Source: Octopus bimaculoides (taxonomy: Eukaryota). Taken from it: a stretch of DNA of 64,000 nucleotides. Positions within the stretch are counted from its first letter, which is position 1. Every line of letters begins with the position of its first letter. The translations under genes were made by a program, and so were the position numbers. Where the stretch lies: NCBI RefSeq assembly GCF_001194135.2, contig NC_069005.1, positions 12,369,217 to 12,433,216 on the forward strand, in the 5' to 3' direction. Below are positions 11,923 through 23,134 of the stretch, piece by piece. The notes under the pieces were generated by a model, which had not been told where the DNA came from, ran no database searches, and was given only the letters and a program-made list of their open reading frames with translations.

Positions 11923-12280
11923 GGCGGTGAGCTGGCAGAATCGTTAGCACGCCGGGCAAAATGTTTAGCGATATTTCGTCTGCCGCTATATTTTGAGTTC
12001 AAATTCCGCCGAGGTTGACTTTGCCTTTCACCCTTTCGTGGTCGATAAATTATGTACCAGTTACGCACTGGGGTTGATGTAATCAACTTAATCCCTTTGT
12101 CTATCCTTGTTTGTCTCCTCTATGTTTAGCCCCTTGTAGGGGGTTAAACATAGAGGTCAACTTTGCCTTTCATACTTTCGGGGTCGATAAATTAAGTACC
12201 AGTTGTGTACTGGTTCTATCTAATCACCTGGCTCCCTCCCCCCAGATTCCGGGCCTTGTGTCTAGAGTAGAAAAGAACAT
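11923..12280 (+). mobile_element. Chimeric SINE A: one near-full copy, a foldback junction, then the 3' half of a copy with the other tail type
   Basis: First copy 11923-12138; inverted duplication 12117-12155; core resumes at gaggtcaactttgcc. Confidence 0.85.
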
Positions 12281-12589
12281 GACTATGAAGCTCAATAGCT
12301 TACTTTCCAATTACATGGTTCTGTGTTCGAACCCACTGGTGTTTTATCTTAGATTTCTAGGGTGTGTCGTTTCTTCTGTATCCTCAGATCGGCAAAATTG
12401 TAAGGACTGGAGTTAGTAATATTCGTATGCAGTGACTAATACATTACCTTTCCATCGAATTTGCGTAGATTTAGCTTGTTGCTTCGTTTGGTATGACTCT
12501 CTCGCAGTTAAATATCTTTCAACACTTTGTCGATTAATAAGTTCGCTTTGCATCATGTTTAATTTTGCACCAACGGACTAATTTCGTTA

Positions 12590-13235
12590 TAAGGTATGCA
12601 GCTTTTGAACAACATATAGGAAGAAGCTTGCTTCCCGACCACATGGTTTTAGGTTCAGTACCATTGTGTGGCGCCTTGGGTAAGTGTCTTCTACTGTAGC
12701 CTCAGACCCACCAAAGCTTTGTGAGTGGATCTGGTGGACGGAAGCTGAGAATAGCCCGTCATATATATACGAGGGAGTGTTGAAAAGTGCCTGGTTTAAA
12801 CAATATCGCGAAAGGCCTGATTGGAGGTCCAAAATTCCGAGTTCTTTTACAAGGTTTAGAAAACTGGAGGATTGCTGCAATAAGTGTGTGAATCTGAGAG
12901 GTGAATATCTTGAACAAAATCATAATTACCAGATTCTCCTGCATTTTATTTTACCCAAAGCTAAGATCTTTTCAGCACACTCTTGTATGTGTATATGTAT
13001 ATCTACGTCTGTGAATCTTTGTGTCTGTGTGTTCCCCCCACCCACTACTACTTGACAACTGGTGTTGGTGGGTTTTCGCCCCCATAATTTATGGGTACGG
13101 CAAAAGAGACTGATTGGATAAGTAAATAGGCTTAGAAAGATTAAGTACTGGGGCCGATTTATTCGACTAATATTTTTTCAAGCAGTGCCCCAGTCTGGCC
13201 GCAATCTAATGACTGAAACAATGTACAAAGAGACA
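12590..13235 (+). mobile_element. SINE family C/B interrupted by a mariner MITE
   Basis: Head at about 12590-12760, tail ...ccagtctggccgcaatctaatgactgaaac at 13000-13235. Confidence 0.8.
12770..12985 (+). mobile_element. 216-bp mariner deletion derivative (MITE) with TA TSD
   Basis: TIRs cgagggagtgttgaaaagt and rc caagagtgtgctgaaaaga, with TA on both sides. Internal KLEDCCNKCVNLRGEYLE matches a mariner transposase C-terminus. Confidence 0.8.
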
Positions 13236-13343
13236 AATGAGATGTTCTATTTCACTGAATAAACTACTACATTGATTTATGGCATGTCTATCATCAATGT
13301 TCTCTGCGATAGAAAACTTTTATTATTAATATTGTGTAGTGCA

Positions 13344-13872
13344 AGGCGGTGACCCGGCAGAACCTTTAAACGCCTGACAAAATGCTTCGTGGTATTTCGT
13401 CCGTCTTTACATTCTGAGTTCAAATTCCAAAGAGGTCAATTTTGCCTTCTATTTTATTCGATAGTTAATAAAATAAGTACCAGTCAAGTACTGAGGTTGA
13501 TGTAATCGACTTGCTCCTCCCCTCAAAAGCTAATGGTCCCATACCAAAATTTGAGACCATATTTACTCTGTACTGAGCAGGTCACCGATGATACACATGT
13601 TAAAATGTATTAAAATGTCAATTATACCTCCATTAATGTATGGTTTATATTTACTGATGATGTTTTTCAGTAGATTATATTTGAGATTGTATTACATAAG
13701 GCATAACGGGGCGGTGAGCTGGCAGAATGGTGTTACCTTCTGAGTAACCGACGTTGACTTTCATCCTTTCGGGGGTCGATTGAATAAGTACCAGTCGAGT
13801 ACTGGGGTGGATATAATCGAGTTAACTCCTCACACAAACGTTCAGGCTTTGTGCCTATAGTAGAAAGGATTA
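13344..13872 (+). mobile_element. Two SINE A copies (13344-13560; 13709-13872, internally deleted)
   Basis: Head, core and tail motifs as in the other copies. Confidence 0.8.
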
Positions 13873-14078
13873 TATAAGGCATAACGAATTGTTTTTATAA
13901 AAATGATTTTATGGAGGACATCACTACAATAATGGAGATAACAGTAACTTGCACGCTTTATATCAGGTTGTCTCAAATTTTATTGACTCAAACGAAAACA
14001 AAAAACGCCTGAGAAATACAAAGAAATATGTGTTCTATACATATCCTAAAAGTCGAACGACCTGGTTTGAAAATCGCA

Positions 14079-14345
14079 TGGCTCAGTGGTTAAAGCATAG
14101 GGATCCCAATTATGAGGCAGTGAGTTCGATTTCCAGACCGGGCTGTGTTGTATTCTTGAGCAAGACACTTTATTTCACGCTGCTCGTGTTCACTCAGCTG
14201 AAGAAATGAGCTACGAAGTCACCGATTCCAAGCTTTATCAGCCTTTGCTTTTCTCTTGGATAAATAACGTTGCTCGGAATTGTGCCTTGGAGGGGAACTT
14301 TCTAGGTGCAATCCCCTGGTCATTCATGAACGAAGGGTGTCTTTT
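14079..14345 (+). mobile_element. SINE family D (tRNA-like head plus ttgagcaagacactttatttcac domain)
   Basis: A-box-like tggctcagtggtt and B-box-like gagttcgatttcc. Related pieces at 16907-17115, 24310-24520 (-) and 36480-36695 (-). Confidence 0.8.
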
Positions 14346-14358
14346 TGTAAGGGCTCCA

Positions 14359-14442
14359 TATAAAAAGAAACATTCTCATTGAGTCACCAGTGACTCCCAT
14401 GGTGTATAAAAAATATTGCGGGGAGAGTCACCAAAGAGTCAC
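14359..14442 (+). promoter_or_regulatory. Cluster of four GAGTCAC motifs (one full AP-1 TGAGTCA) and two TATAAAAA boxes
   Basis: GAGTCAC at 14381, 14390 (rc), 14425 and 14436; TATAAAAA at 14359 and 14405. Motif-level evidence only. Confidence 0.3.
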
Positions 14443-15339
14443 TTGATTAATTGGAAGGCGCATTGTAGCGGTATTATCAGTTAAATAGTGGTTTCTATGC
14501 TTCTTTTTACAAGTTTGAATTCATTGAAAAGTTTCGAGGGTACTGCTGTAAATAAGGAAAAGGGAAGAGACATTTCAAGAACATTTCAAGCAAGCTAGGC
14601 CAGTTGTTTGTATGTATATTACTCCTGGTGATCAACTACATTCCGATAGAACATGTAGGAATTATTGGTTTAAGTAATTTTCTTTTATTGTATCATAAAC
14701 ACTGAAAAAGAATTTATCCGTATTCCCTTCTTAACACAGGAAGGACGTCTGGAAAATGGCAAGTCCGAGGGGAAAGATAAAGATATTAAGACAAAAGTGC
14801 TTCAGTTTCGGAGTCCAAAGATGTTAACTTAACAATGCTGAAATATTCTGGTCCAGAATAAAAAAAGTATTGCTGTTATTATATATAATGGCACATATTT
14901 TGCAAAAATTTTACAAGTGTCATTATCAAAATAATAGGATATACACAGAATCGATTCGACAGATATACCTGATTTGATTCTTATTAGTTCAATGATTTTC
15001 GTTTGGGTGTTGGATTTTAAGACGCTTCTTCTAAACTAATTTCAAATTCATTTTCACGTGTCACATCTTTAAGCATAATCCTACAAGAAATATTGCTCAT
15101 ATATCATACTTTAATCGTCTGTCTTGTTATCTCTAACATATGGTGTGGAAAACACGTTGCCTCCGCCTCATTTCTGGATTATCAAGGCAATCCTTTTACC
15201 TTTTACCCTCCTTGAGCCAATTATTTATGTGTAAGCAGATAAACAAAAACATTAAATATAGTTTCTTGAGTTTCGAAAATTAGTGACACATTAGGGGCAC
15301 ATTCATCATCAGACTTACAAGGCCTTCCGTTATGATATA

Positions 15340-16191
15340 CAGGGTGGTCCGAAAGTCTTGTTACCACCTACATATTGTTTATTATTGTCACTAATATCAT
15401 TACACCTGTAGTGATTTGAGCTGGCATATCGAGTAAGGACCTGATAGGACACTATGTCTTTGAGGGCACTGTTAACCAGCAATCATACTTGGCCATGTTA
15501 AGGAAGTGGTTTGTTCCACAGCTCCAGAGGTTGAATGTTGACCTGCATGATTGTTATTTTCTATATACATTTCATGCCCATGGGAGAGGTTTATGAAGGT
15601 AATCATAATCGATTTCAGACTGGCTTAATGCCAATCCTAGTGTCCATAATGAGAAATTAGATTTTTTCTCACAAAATTCACCACAAAAATTGTCTGCGTG
15701 ATCCCTTTGGCTAGATTACTGTCCGTGTTCTGTAAGGATTAAACCCCACTATCCTATCACTGTCCGGGAATACTTAATGAAGTTTCTCACGATGGATTGA
15801 TAGCGCGAGGATCGCAACAATTTCCAGTACCTATCGATTGCCCTCCCAGAAGTCCAAATCTCACGTCTTACTATAACGCTCTGTCAGATATTATCAACGA
15901 GAGAGTTTCACATGAACGATACCAGAATACCCATCGATTGGAGGACCCCGTTCGGAGAGCTTTTGCAACAATCACCAGAGCAGAAATTCGAAAGATATCA
16001 CAAAGGACATGACACCATATCATTTTGTGCCACGAAAATGATGGTGCTCATGCAGACCTTCTTGATGTGTGACAGCGTCAATGAAGGTGAATATAGTGAA
16101 TCTAGTTCGTGCTTTGGATTACTGCTTTATTTTTCTACTATTGTTCTCATTACTTTTTGGTTGGAGATAACAAGACTTTCGGATCACCCTG
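15340..16191 (+). mobile_element. IS630-Tc1-mariner superfamily relic, internally deleted and interrupted
   Basis: TIRs cagggtg(g/a)tccgaaagtcttgtta with TA TSDs. Remnants AGISSKDLIGHYVFEGTVNQQSYLAMLRKWFVPQL..DCYF and PIDCPPRSPNLT (WPPRSPDLT-type motif). Confidence 0.85.
15561..15754. repeat. Unclassified ~190-bp dispersed repeat, copy 1
   Basis: Collinear with 24552-24745 (tttcatgcccatg..aggtttatgaaggtaatcataatcgatttcagac...gttctgtaaggattaaac). Confidence 0.85.
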
Positions 16192-16906
16192 TACATTTCG
16201 GTCGGTCAAACATACCGGAGTACATCTAGATTATTAACGACTTTGCCATGGGTCTCCTACGAGTCATGTCTGTATAGTTTAGGGATTCCGTTGTGAGTTA
16301 AGTTTACCATCCATAACCAATCCAACTAGGAGGAGTCTACAAAATATGGATCCTACTCTTCCTCACACAACTCAGCCCTAAAAAATGAGAATATATTGAA
16401 GCATTAGTTCGTATGTGAATAATGAACTATGACTCTCAGTATTTTAAATGCATTCAAACTTACTAAACGTTAGAGATCTTCTAAAATTTCTGTAGCAAAT
16501 CGTCACTTTCAATGGATGGCATTTTTACAAATGACCCCTGTTAATGTTCATCGAAAATATTTCAATACATTATTTAAATCAAACACCTAATTTTACACGT
16601 TTCTAATATATAATCCGACAGTTATGTGAAGTGGTAGCCCTTTATTAGATTTGTATGGAAATTACTAAATAAAGTGAAAATTAAGTTATCAAAATATGTT
16701 GGGACTCAGTGCACCATCAGTCATGCTTGCATTCACTGATAACACAATGTTCGTTCCGGATTTTCATCCCAACATATAGCTTTGAAATCTAAGTATTGAA
16801 CTAAATTTAACTGTTTTATTTCTAACAAAAATCACGACCCTTGTAAACCCCCTGGAACAAACATAGTACTTCTATGATATGTGATGCCCAATTCGAGCTC
16901 GCGGTG

Positions 16907-17115
16907 AAGACGTGTGGCCCAGAGGTTAGTTTTTCACTCACAATCGCAAGATCTTTGCTTCAATTCCCAACCGAGCAAAGTAATTTATTTCACATTGCTC
17001 CAGTTCACTCAACTGCAAGTAAGTGAACCTGCGAAGGACACTAGTGCACCATGAAAACCGGGTAAACGGTTCAATTAGTCCTAGGGCCCAAGACTGTAGT
17101 GTTCAAGGGTTGATG
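16907..17115 (+). mobile_element. SINE family D, diverged
   Basis: gtggcccagaggttag head; atttcacattgctccagttcactcaactg body. Confidence 0.7.
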
Positions 17116-18707
17116 ATGATGTCAGCTCACAATACTATTCCAGAGGTCGCTATCGTCCATGATGAGACATAACACCCTATACAGACAGAACATGTGATTC
17201 ACTAGTTTGCGTTTGACCTGTAAAAGCAGACATATGTATGTAGACTCTCCGTAAAATTCTGTTTCAACCAGCCATTTTAATTTCAATCTGACAATAAAGT
17301 TCAAGCGAGTTGAAGCTCCTGAAAGCAATGTAAATTATAAATTCATGAAATCGCGTGAGATTTAAAGTCAGTTGCCAACCAAATTTCAAAGTAGAGAAAA
17401 AATAATGACCCGCGTAAATTCTATATCATAAATCATTGTGTCATTAATTACACAACTCTTTAAATTACTTCAATCAATCAATTGAAAATCGTGACAGTGT
17501 TTCCATTTGTGAAACTTGTCAACAACCACACTTGATTTCAGATTCAGTTTGATATCGATAAACTTTCTTTATTATATTTTAATGTTGGGAAGCGTAAAGG
17601 GAATTTTTACTGAAATACTCAACAAATAATACATAAATACATACATACTTAAATACATACGTACTTACATACATATATGTGTGTATGTATGTATGTATGT
17701 ATGTATGTATGCATGTGTGTGTGTATGTATATGTATATGTATGTATGTATGTATGTATCTATGTATAAAGGTGCTATGACATTAAAGATTGTTATATATT
17801 CACAGAATGTTAGTGGTGCTGAGTACTTAGTGCAAGAGCTTCATTAAACAGAAATGCAGTAGAATAAAAACAAAATGCAAAGTTGACTGTTCTGAGAGAT
17901 GAAAAGGCAAGGCTTTTAAATTAAGAATTACGCTTCGCAGCCAGACGTTATCTGCTTGTGTCCCACACTGCATCAACTTACGCAAGTGTCCAAGTGTGTC
18001 CTATGTACCCAGCCCAACAAATGCCCTTGTGAGTAGATGAGAACCTAGTAGAAACCAGTCAAATAGCCACACACATATATGCACACAAATGTTCATAAAT
18101 ATGTGTGCGTGTCTGTATATATAATATATATATATATANNNNNNNNNNNNNNNNNNNNNNNNNNNNNNNNNNNNNNNNNNNNNNNNNNNNNNNNNNNNNN
18201 NNNNNNNNNNNNNNNNNNNNNNNNNNNNNNNNNNNNNNNNNNNNNNNNNNNNNNNNNNNNNNNNNNNNNNNNNNNNNNNNNNNNNNNNNNNNNNNNNNNN
18301 NNNNNNNNNNNNNNNNNNNNNNNNNNNNNNNNNNNNNNNNNNNNNNNNNNNNNNNNNNNNNNNNNNNNNNNNNNNNNNNNNNNNNNNNNNNNNNNNNNNN
18401 NNNNNNNNNNNNNNNNNNNNNNNNNNNNNNNNNNNNNNNNNNNNNNNNNNNNNNNNNNNNNNNNNNNNNNNNNNNNNNNNNNNNNNNNNNNNNNNNNNNN
18501 NNNNNNNNNNNNNNNNNNNNNNNNNNNNNNNNNNNNNNNNNNNNNNNNNNNNNNNNNNNNNNNNNNNNNNNNNNNNNNNNNNNNNNNNNNNNNNNNNNNN
18601 NNNNNNNNNNNNNNNNNNNNNNNNNNNNNNNNNNNNNNNNNNNNNNNNNNNNNNNNNNNNNNNNNNNNNNNNNCCAAGAACGAAAAGAAATAAAAGAAAT
18701 AGCAGCC

Positions 18708-18778
<71 letters not shown>

Positions 18779-18838
18779 CTGTGTGATGTGTGAGTGCGTG
18801 TGTACGTACATATACATATATGTATGTTAATATATATA

Positions 18839-19756
18839 TTGGGTCATCCCATAAATAACGCGGTTTTTCAATTGCATGAACTAAAAGTCGGAAGGGGACG
18901 GGATGAACTACTTGCATTAACTTGCTATACAAGTTGGTATTAATCTTATCTTGTACTTGTTCTTAGTCCAAGTTTTGAAGAGTGCAGTTCAATTTTGACA
19001 GTTATTTTTTTCAAAGCTACAATGGAAGTGACAAAGGAGCATATTCGGCATATTTTGCTTTATGAGTTCAGCAAAGACAACAACGCAACGGAAAGTGCGA
19101 GGAATATTAATGCAATATATGGGGATCGGACAATAAGTGTAAGCCAGTGTCAACGGTGGTTCCAGAAATTCCGAGCCGGTAACTATAGCCTAGAAGATGA
19201 GCCTCATCCTGGAAGAACTGCAGAGCTCAATGATGACGTTCTGCACACCCTGGTGGAACAAAACTCCATCGTAATTTTTGAGGAACCAGCAGAGAAGCTT
19301 GGATTTAGTCGGTCAACTATTCACCGACGCCAACGCTAGGAGAAAAACGACTATCTTTAGTTTCAAGACGAAAGGTGTTCTATCAGGATAATGCTCGACC
19401 ACATACAGCGAGGATGAAATTCCAAAGGTTAGGGCAGTTTGAATGGGAAGCGATGCCTCACCCACCATATTCACCGGACATTGCCCCATCTGATTATCAT
19501 TTATTCCGCAGTCTTCAAGAGCATCTGGATGGAAAGAATATGAATTCTGTAGACGATGTCAGAACAGTACTGCAGGAGTATTTCTCGTCACGGACAAATG
19601 AATTTTGTATGAGGGTCCTTGCAAGTCTACCAGATAGATTGAAGAGTGTTGTAGAAAATGAAGGAGAGTATATTTTAGATTATAAAATAACTTTATCTTA
19701 CTATTGAAAAATAAAAGGAGTATAAAAATAACTACATTATTTACGAGATGAACCAG
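18839..19756 (+). mobile_element. Mariner (DD34D) relic with an internal deletion, 918 bp, TA TSD
   Basis: About 30-bp TIRs ttgggtcatcccataaataa.. (~8 mismatches). ATG at 19022 gives the HTH region (HIRHILLYEF, RWFQKFRAG). C-terminal QDNARPH..YSPDIAPSD has 34 residues between the Ds. The WVPHEL and first-D region is missing. Confidence 0.92.
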
Positions 19757-20240
19757 TATATGTGTGTGTGTATATGTGTGTGTGTATATGTGTCTGTGTA
19801 TATGTGTGTGTGTGTTTGTGTGTGTTTCTGCGTGTGCGTGAAAGAGAGGGAGGGAGAAAGAGAGTTTTGAGGGATTCATTTCCTGGGTGGATTCTGTGGT
19901 GGCTCTTAGCCATGTCCAAGATTACGTCTGTGACAACTATTAGTTGTCAATCACTCTGGGTATCCTTCCGATGGGAAATTGTGTGTTCGCTTCGCTGGAG
20001 GGTAATATTGTTTGGGGTATATATTTTGCAATGATAAAAAGGATATGGTGTATGGAGATTTGTTCATTCTCAAAATTCATTTCTCTTATTTTACAAGCTG
20101 TGCATTTGAAACGCGTGTAGAAAAGAAAGAGCATAGGAACATGCTGTATAAAATTGTAAAATAAGAGAAAAAAATTTTGAGGATGAGCAAGTCTCCATAC
20201 TCTGTATCTTTATAAATATATTTAAACTAACCTTAATATA

Positions 20241-21310
20241 CCGAGGACATTTTCACGCTCATAATTATTGAAGTGAAGAATTGAAAAGAACGCAATGATC
20301 AGCAGAAAGGAGTTGCAAGAAGATTTGTTAGCTTCAGGGACCAGTGTTACACTATGAACAATCAGCAATGAACTTTATAGGAATGAAATGAATTCATGCT
20401 CTCCTAGAAAAACTCCACTGTTGACTAAAAGGCATAGAGATGCCCGTTTGAAATGTGTTTATGAACATAGAGATAAATCTGATACATTCTAGAAAAATGT
20501 TCTTTGGACAGACGAGTCGAAAATTGAATTGTTTGGACGAAATTCGCATAGCCATGTTTGGAGGAAAGATGGTACCACCTATTCGCCGAAAAACACAATT
20601 CCTACTGTAAAGTTTAAAGGTGGCAACATCATTGTGTAGGGGTGTTTCTCTGCAAATGACACTGGCAATTTACATGTGATAGATGGTAGAATGAATGCAG
20701 AGATGTACCAAAATATTTTGAACAATAATTTATGGGACTCTATAGAAAAGCTCCAGCTTTGTGAAGGGTGGGTTTTACAACAGGATAATGACCCTAAGCA
20801 CATTGTGAAGTCTACCAAAAATGGATTGTCAATCACAATATAAAATTATTAGAATGGCCAAGCCAGTCACCTGACTTGAACCCTATTGAAAATTTCTGGC
20901 GTTATTTTAGAATTAAAATTCATTCAAGAGCCCCAATGTGCATTCCAGATTTGAAGAAAATTTGTCAAGAAGAATGGGAAAAAATTTCTAAAGAAACATG
21001 CTCATTGATTAAGTCATTGATTAAGAACTACAAGAAAAAATTGGTTGAAGTGGAACTGAATAATGGTTATGCTACGAAGTATTAGATCAGAATTATCAGT
21101 TATTTATGTTCTGTACGAATACTTTTTTCACCCCTAAATATTTATATTTGTATATAATTTCGTTAGTTACTATAATTTATTAGTTTCTTTTGCATATTCT
21201 TAGGTTATGTATGTGTATGCAAATATAGTATTGGTATATCCCATTTATGTTCATTAGAAATTAAATAAATAAAGAATTGTGACCTGTACGAATATTTATT
21301 TTCCCCACTG
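20241..21310 (+). mobile_element. 5'-truncated Tc1 (DD34E) relic with an IR/DR-type right end
   Basis: VLWTDESKIELFG, QQDNDPKH, WPSQSPDLNPIENFW with stops and a frameshift. Right end ...ccccactg|TA; inner direct repeat at 21111-21134. Confidence 0.92.
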
Positions 21311-21541
21311 TATGTATGGAAGTATGTATGCATGTAAGCATGTATGTATGTATGAATGTATGTATGTATGTATGTATGTATGTATGCATGTATGTGTGTA
21401 AGTAGGTAGATAAGTAGGTATACATATTTTTTCCATTTTCGTACAACTACTTATATTTTATTACGCGCTTCGTAAGCATTGACTAACACATCCATCTATC
21501 TATATCTATATATATATATATATGTAAATAATATGTGACAA

Positions 21542-22020
21542 TTATTCGGTAGCCATGATAAAACTCCGAGTTTCGGATTTCGGGGCGGAAACCCACGCCG
21601 CCATCACTTCAGTTATCTGGCCGTAGAAAAAATTCTCTAGTAGGTCTGCTTCGAAGTCTCCCAAGCCTTTCATTTTTGGAGGGAATATCTTAGATTTAAT
21701 ACCACAGAATATATTCTTTGTAATGTCCTCTTCTATGTTGTAAAAGAAAGCTTTCCATCTCATGCGCTTAATGAGGTCTGTAATTTTCTCCAAGAGTTTC
21801 TTAGAGTATAGTTCCCTTGATGGTTTTGGTATGTTTTTCATAGAATAATCGATGTAGTAGGCGTCCATATTGAATTCTTCTGCGGGGAAGAGTCCTCAAC
21901 CGATTTCTGGCGATTTTCCAAAATAAGCTGTATTAGCCCTTACGGAAAAATAGCAGTGTACGGGAGGTAATTTACACCAGAATTAAAAATCCGTAACAGA
22001 TGTTCAGTGAATATCTCTAT
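21542..22020 (-). mobile_element. Penelope-like element fragment (5' region and ORF N-terminus) joined to a hammerhead-bearing segment
   Basis: ORF 21868-21542 YSMKNIPKPS..KKLLEKI..LIKRMRWKAFFY resembles, from memory, N-termini of marine-invertebrate PLE ORFs. A hammerhead-like fold lies adjacent. Confidence 0.65.
21552..21621 (-). ncRNA. Type I hammerhead-ribozyme-like fold (core imperfect)
   Basis: gcca-gataa / CTGAAG / stem II ggcgg..ccgcc / GAAA / ctc-g-gag / GTT / ttatc-a-tggc. Stems I and III pair around an NUH triplet; core A9 is replaced by T. Confidence 0.55.
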
Positions 22021-22054
22021 AGAATACACATACATACATACATACATACATACA

Positions 22055-22444
22055 TTGTTGTTGCTGTTGGCACTCCGTCACTTACGACGTCGCGGGTTCC
22101 AGTCGATCCGATCAACGGAATAGCCTGCTCGTGAAATTAACGTGCAAGTGGCTGAGCACTCCACAGACACGTGTAACCTTAACGTAGTTCTCGGGGATAT
22201 TCAGCGTGACACAGTGTGACAAGGCTGGTCCTTTGAATTACAGGCACAACAGAAACAGGAAGTAAGAGTGTGAGTAAGTTGTAGTGAAATAGTACAGCAG
22301 GGTTCGCCACTATCTCCCGCCAGAGCCTCGTGGAACTTTAGGTGTTTTCGCTCAATAAACACTCACAACGCCAGGTCTGGGAATCGAAACCGCGATCCTA
22401 AGACCGCGAGTCCGCTGCCCTAACCACTGGGCCATTGCGCCTCC
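22055..22444 (-). mobile_element. SINE family E, full length, tRNA-like head, (CAA)n tail, inserted in (CATA)n
   Basis: Minus strand ggaggcgcaatggcccagtggttagggcagcggactcgcgg...ggtttcgattcccagacc; CpG-rich, so probably young. Confidence 0.88.
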
Positions 22445-22471
22445 ACATACATAGATACATACATACATACA

Positions 22472-22505
<34 letters not shown>

Positions 22506-22700
22506 AATACATACATACATCCGTGCTTTCATCTGCTGATATGAATGTCTTCGAAAATATGAGAGAAAACGGATAAGTACGAATAAGGGAGGATACTATT
22601 TAGAAAAATGCGTAGTTGTTTTTGCATAAATACATTGAAAAATTAGAGTGCGTATAATATATGTTTCCCCTTCGTATATAGTATACATGAATAAACACAG

Positions 22701-22735
<35 letters not shown>

Positions 22736-23134
22736 TGCATGTAAATTTCCATAACTTGTTTCAGTGAAAAACTTTTTCCTTATTTATTTTATTGATCTGC
22801 AAAAATTTGTCAGTACGACGATTGATCGGTTGTCTTAGATGTATTTTACGTTCTGAGACTTCAGAGCATTGCGTAATCGATTGAATCTAGCACAGTAGTA
22901 TAGGCATGACACTTATTTCATTAACCCATGAAAGCAGAGATATAATGATTTAATCTTGATGGTATTTAAATACACATTTACTATACACAAACCTGAGAGT
23001 ATTAATAAATTGTCCACTGTTTAACTTATAATTCTACTTCTTTTATAGATACTTGTGTTTGCTATATAACCATCATAGTATATAATATCTGTACTCAGTG
23101 ACCAACAACAGGATGTTGAATGTTAATTATACAA

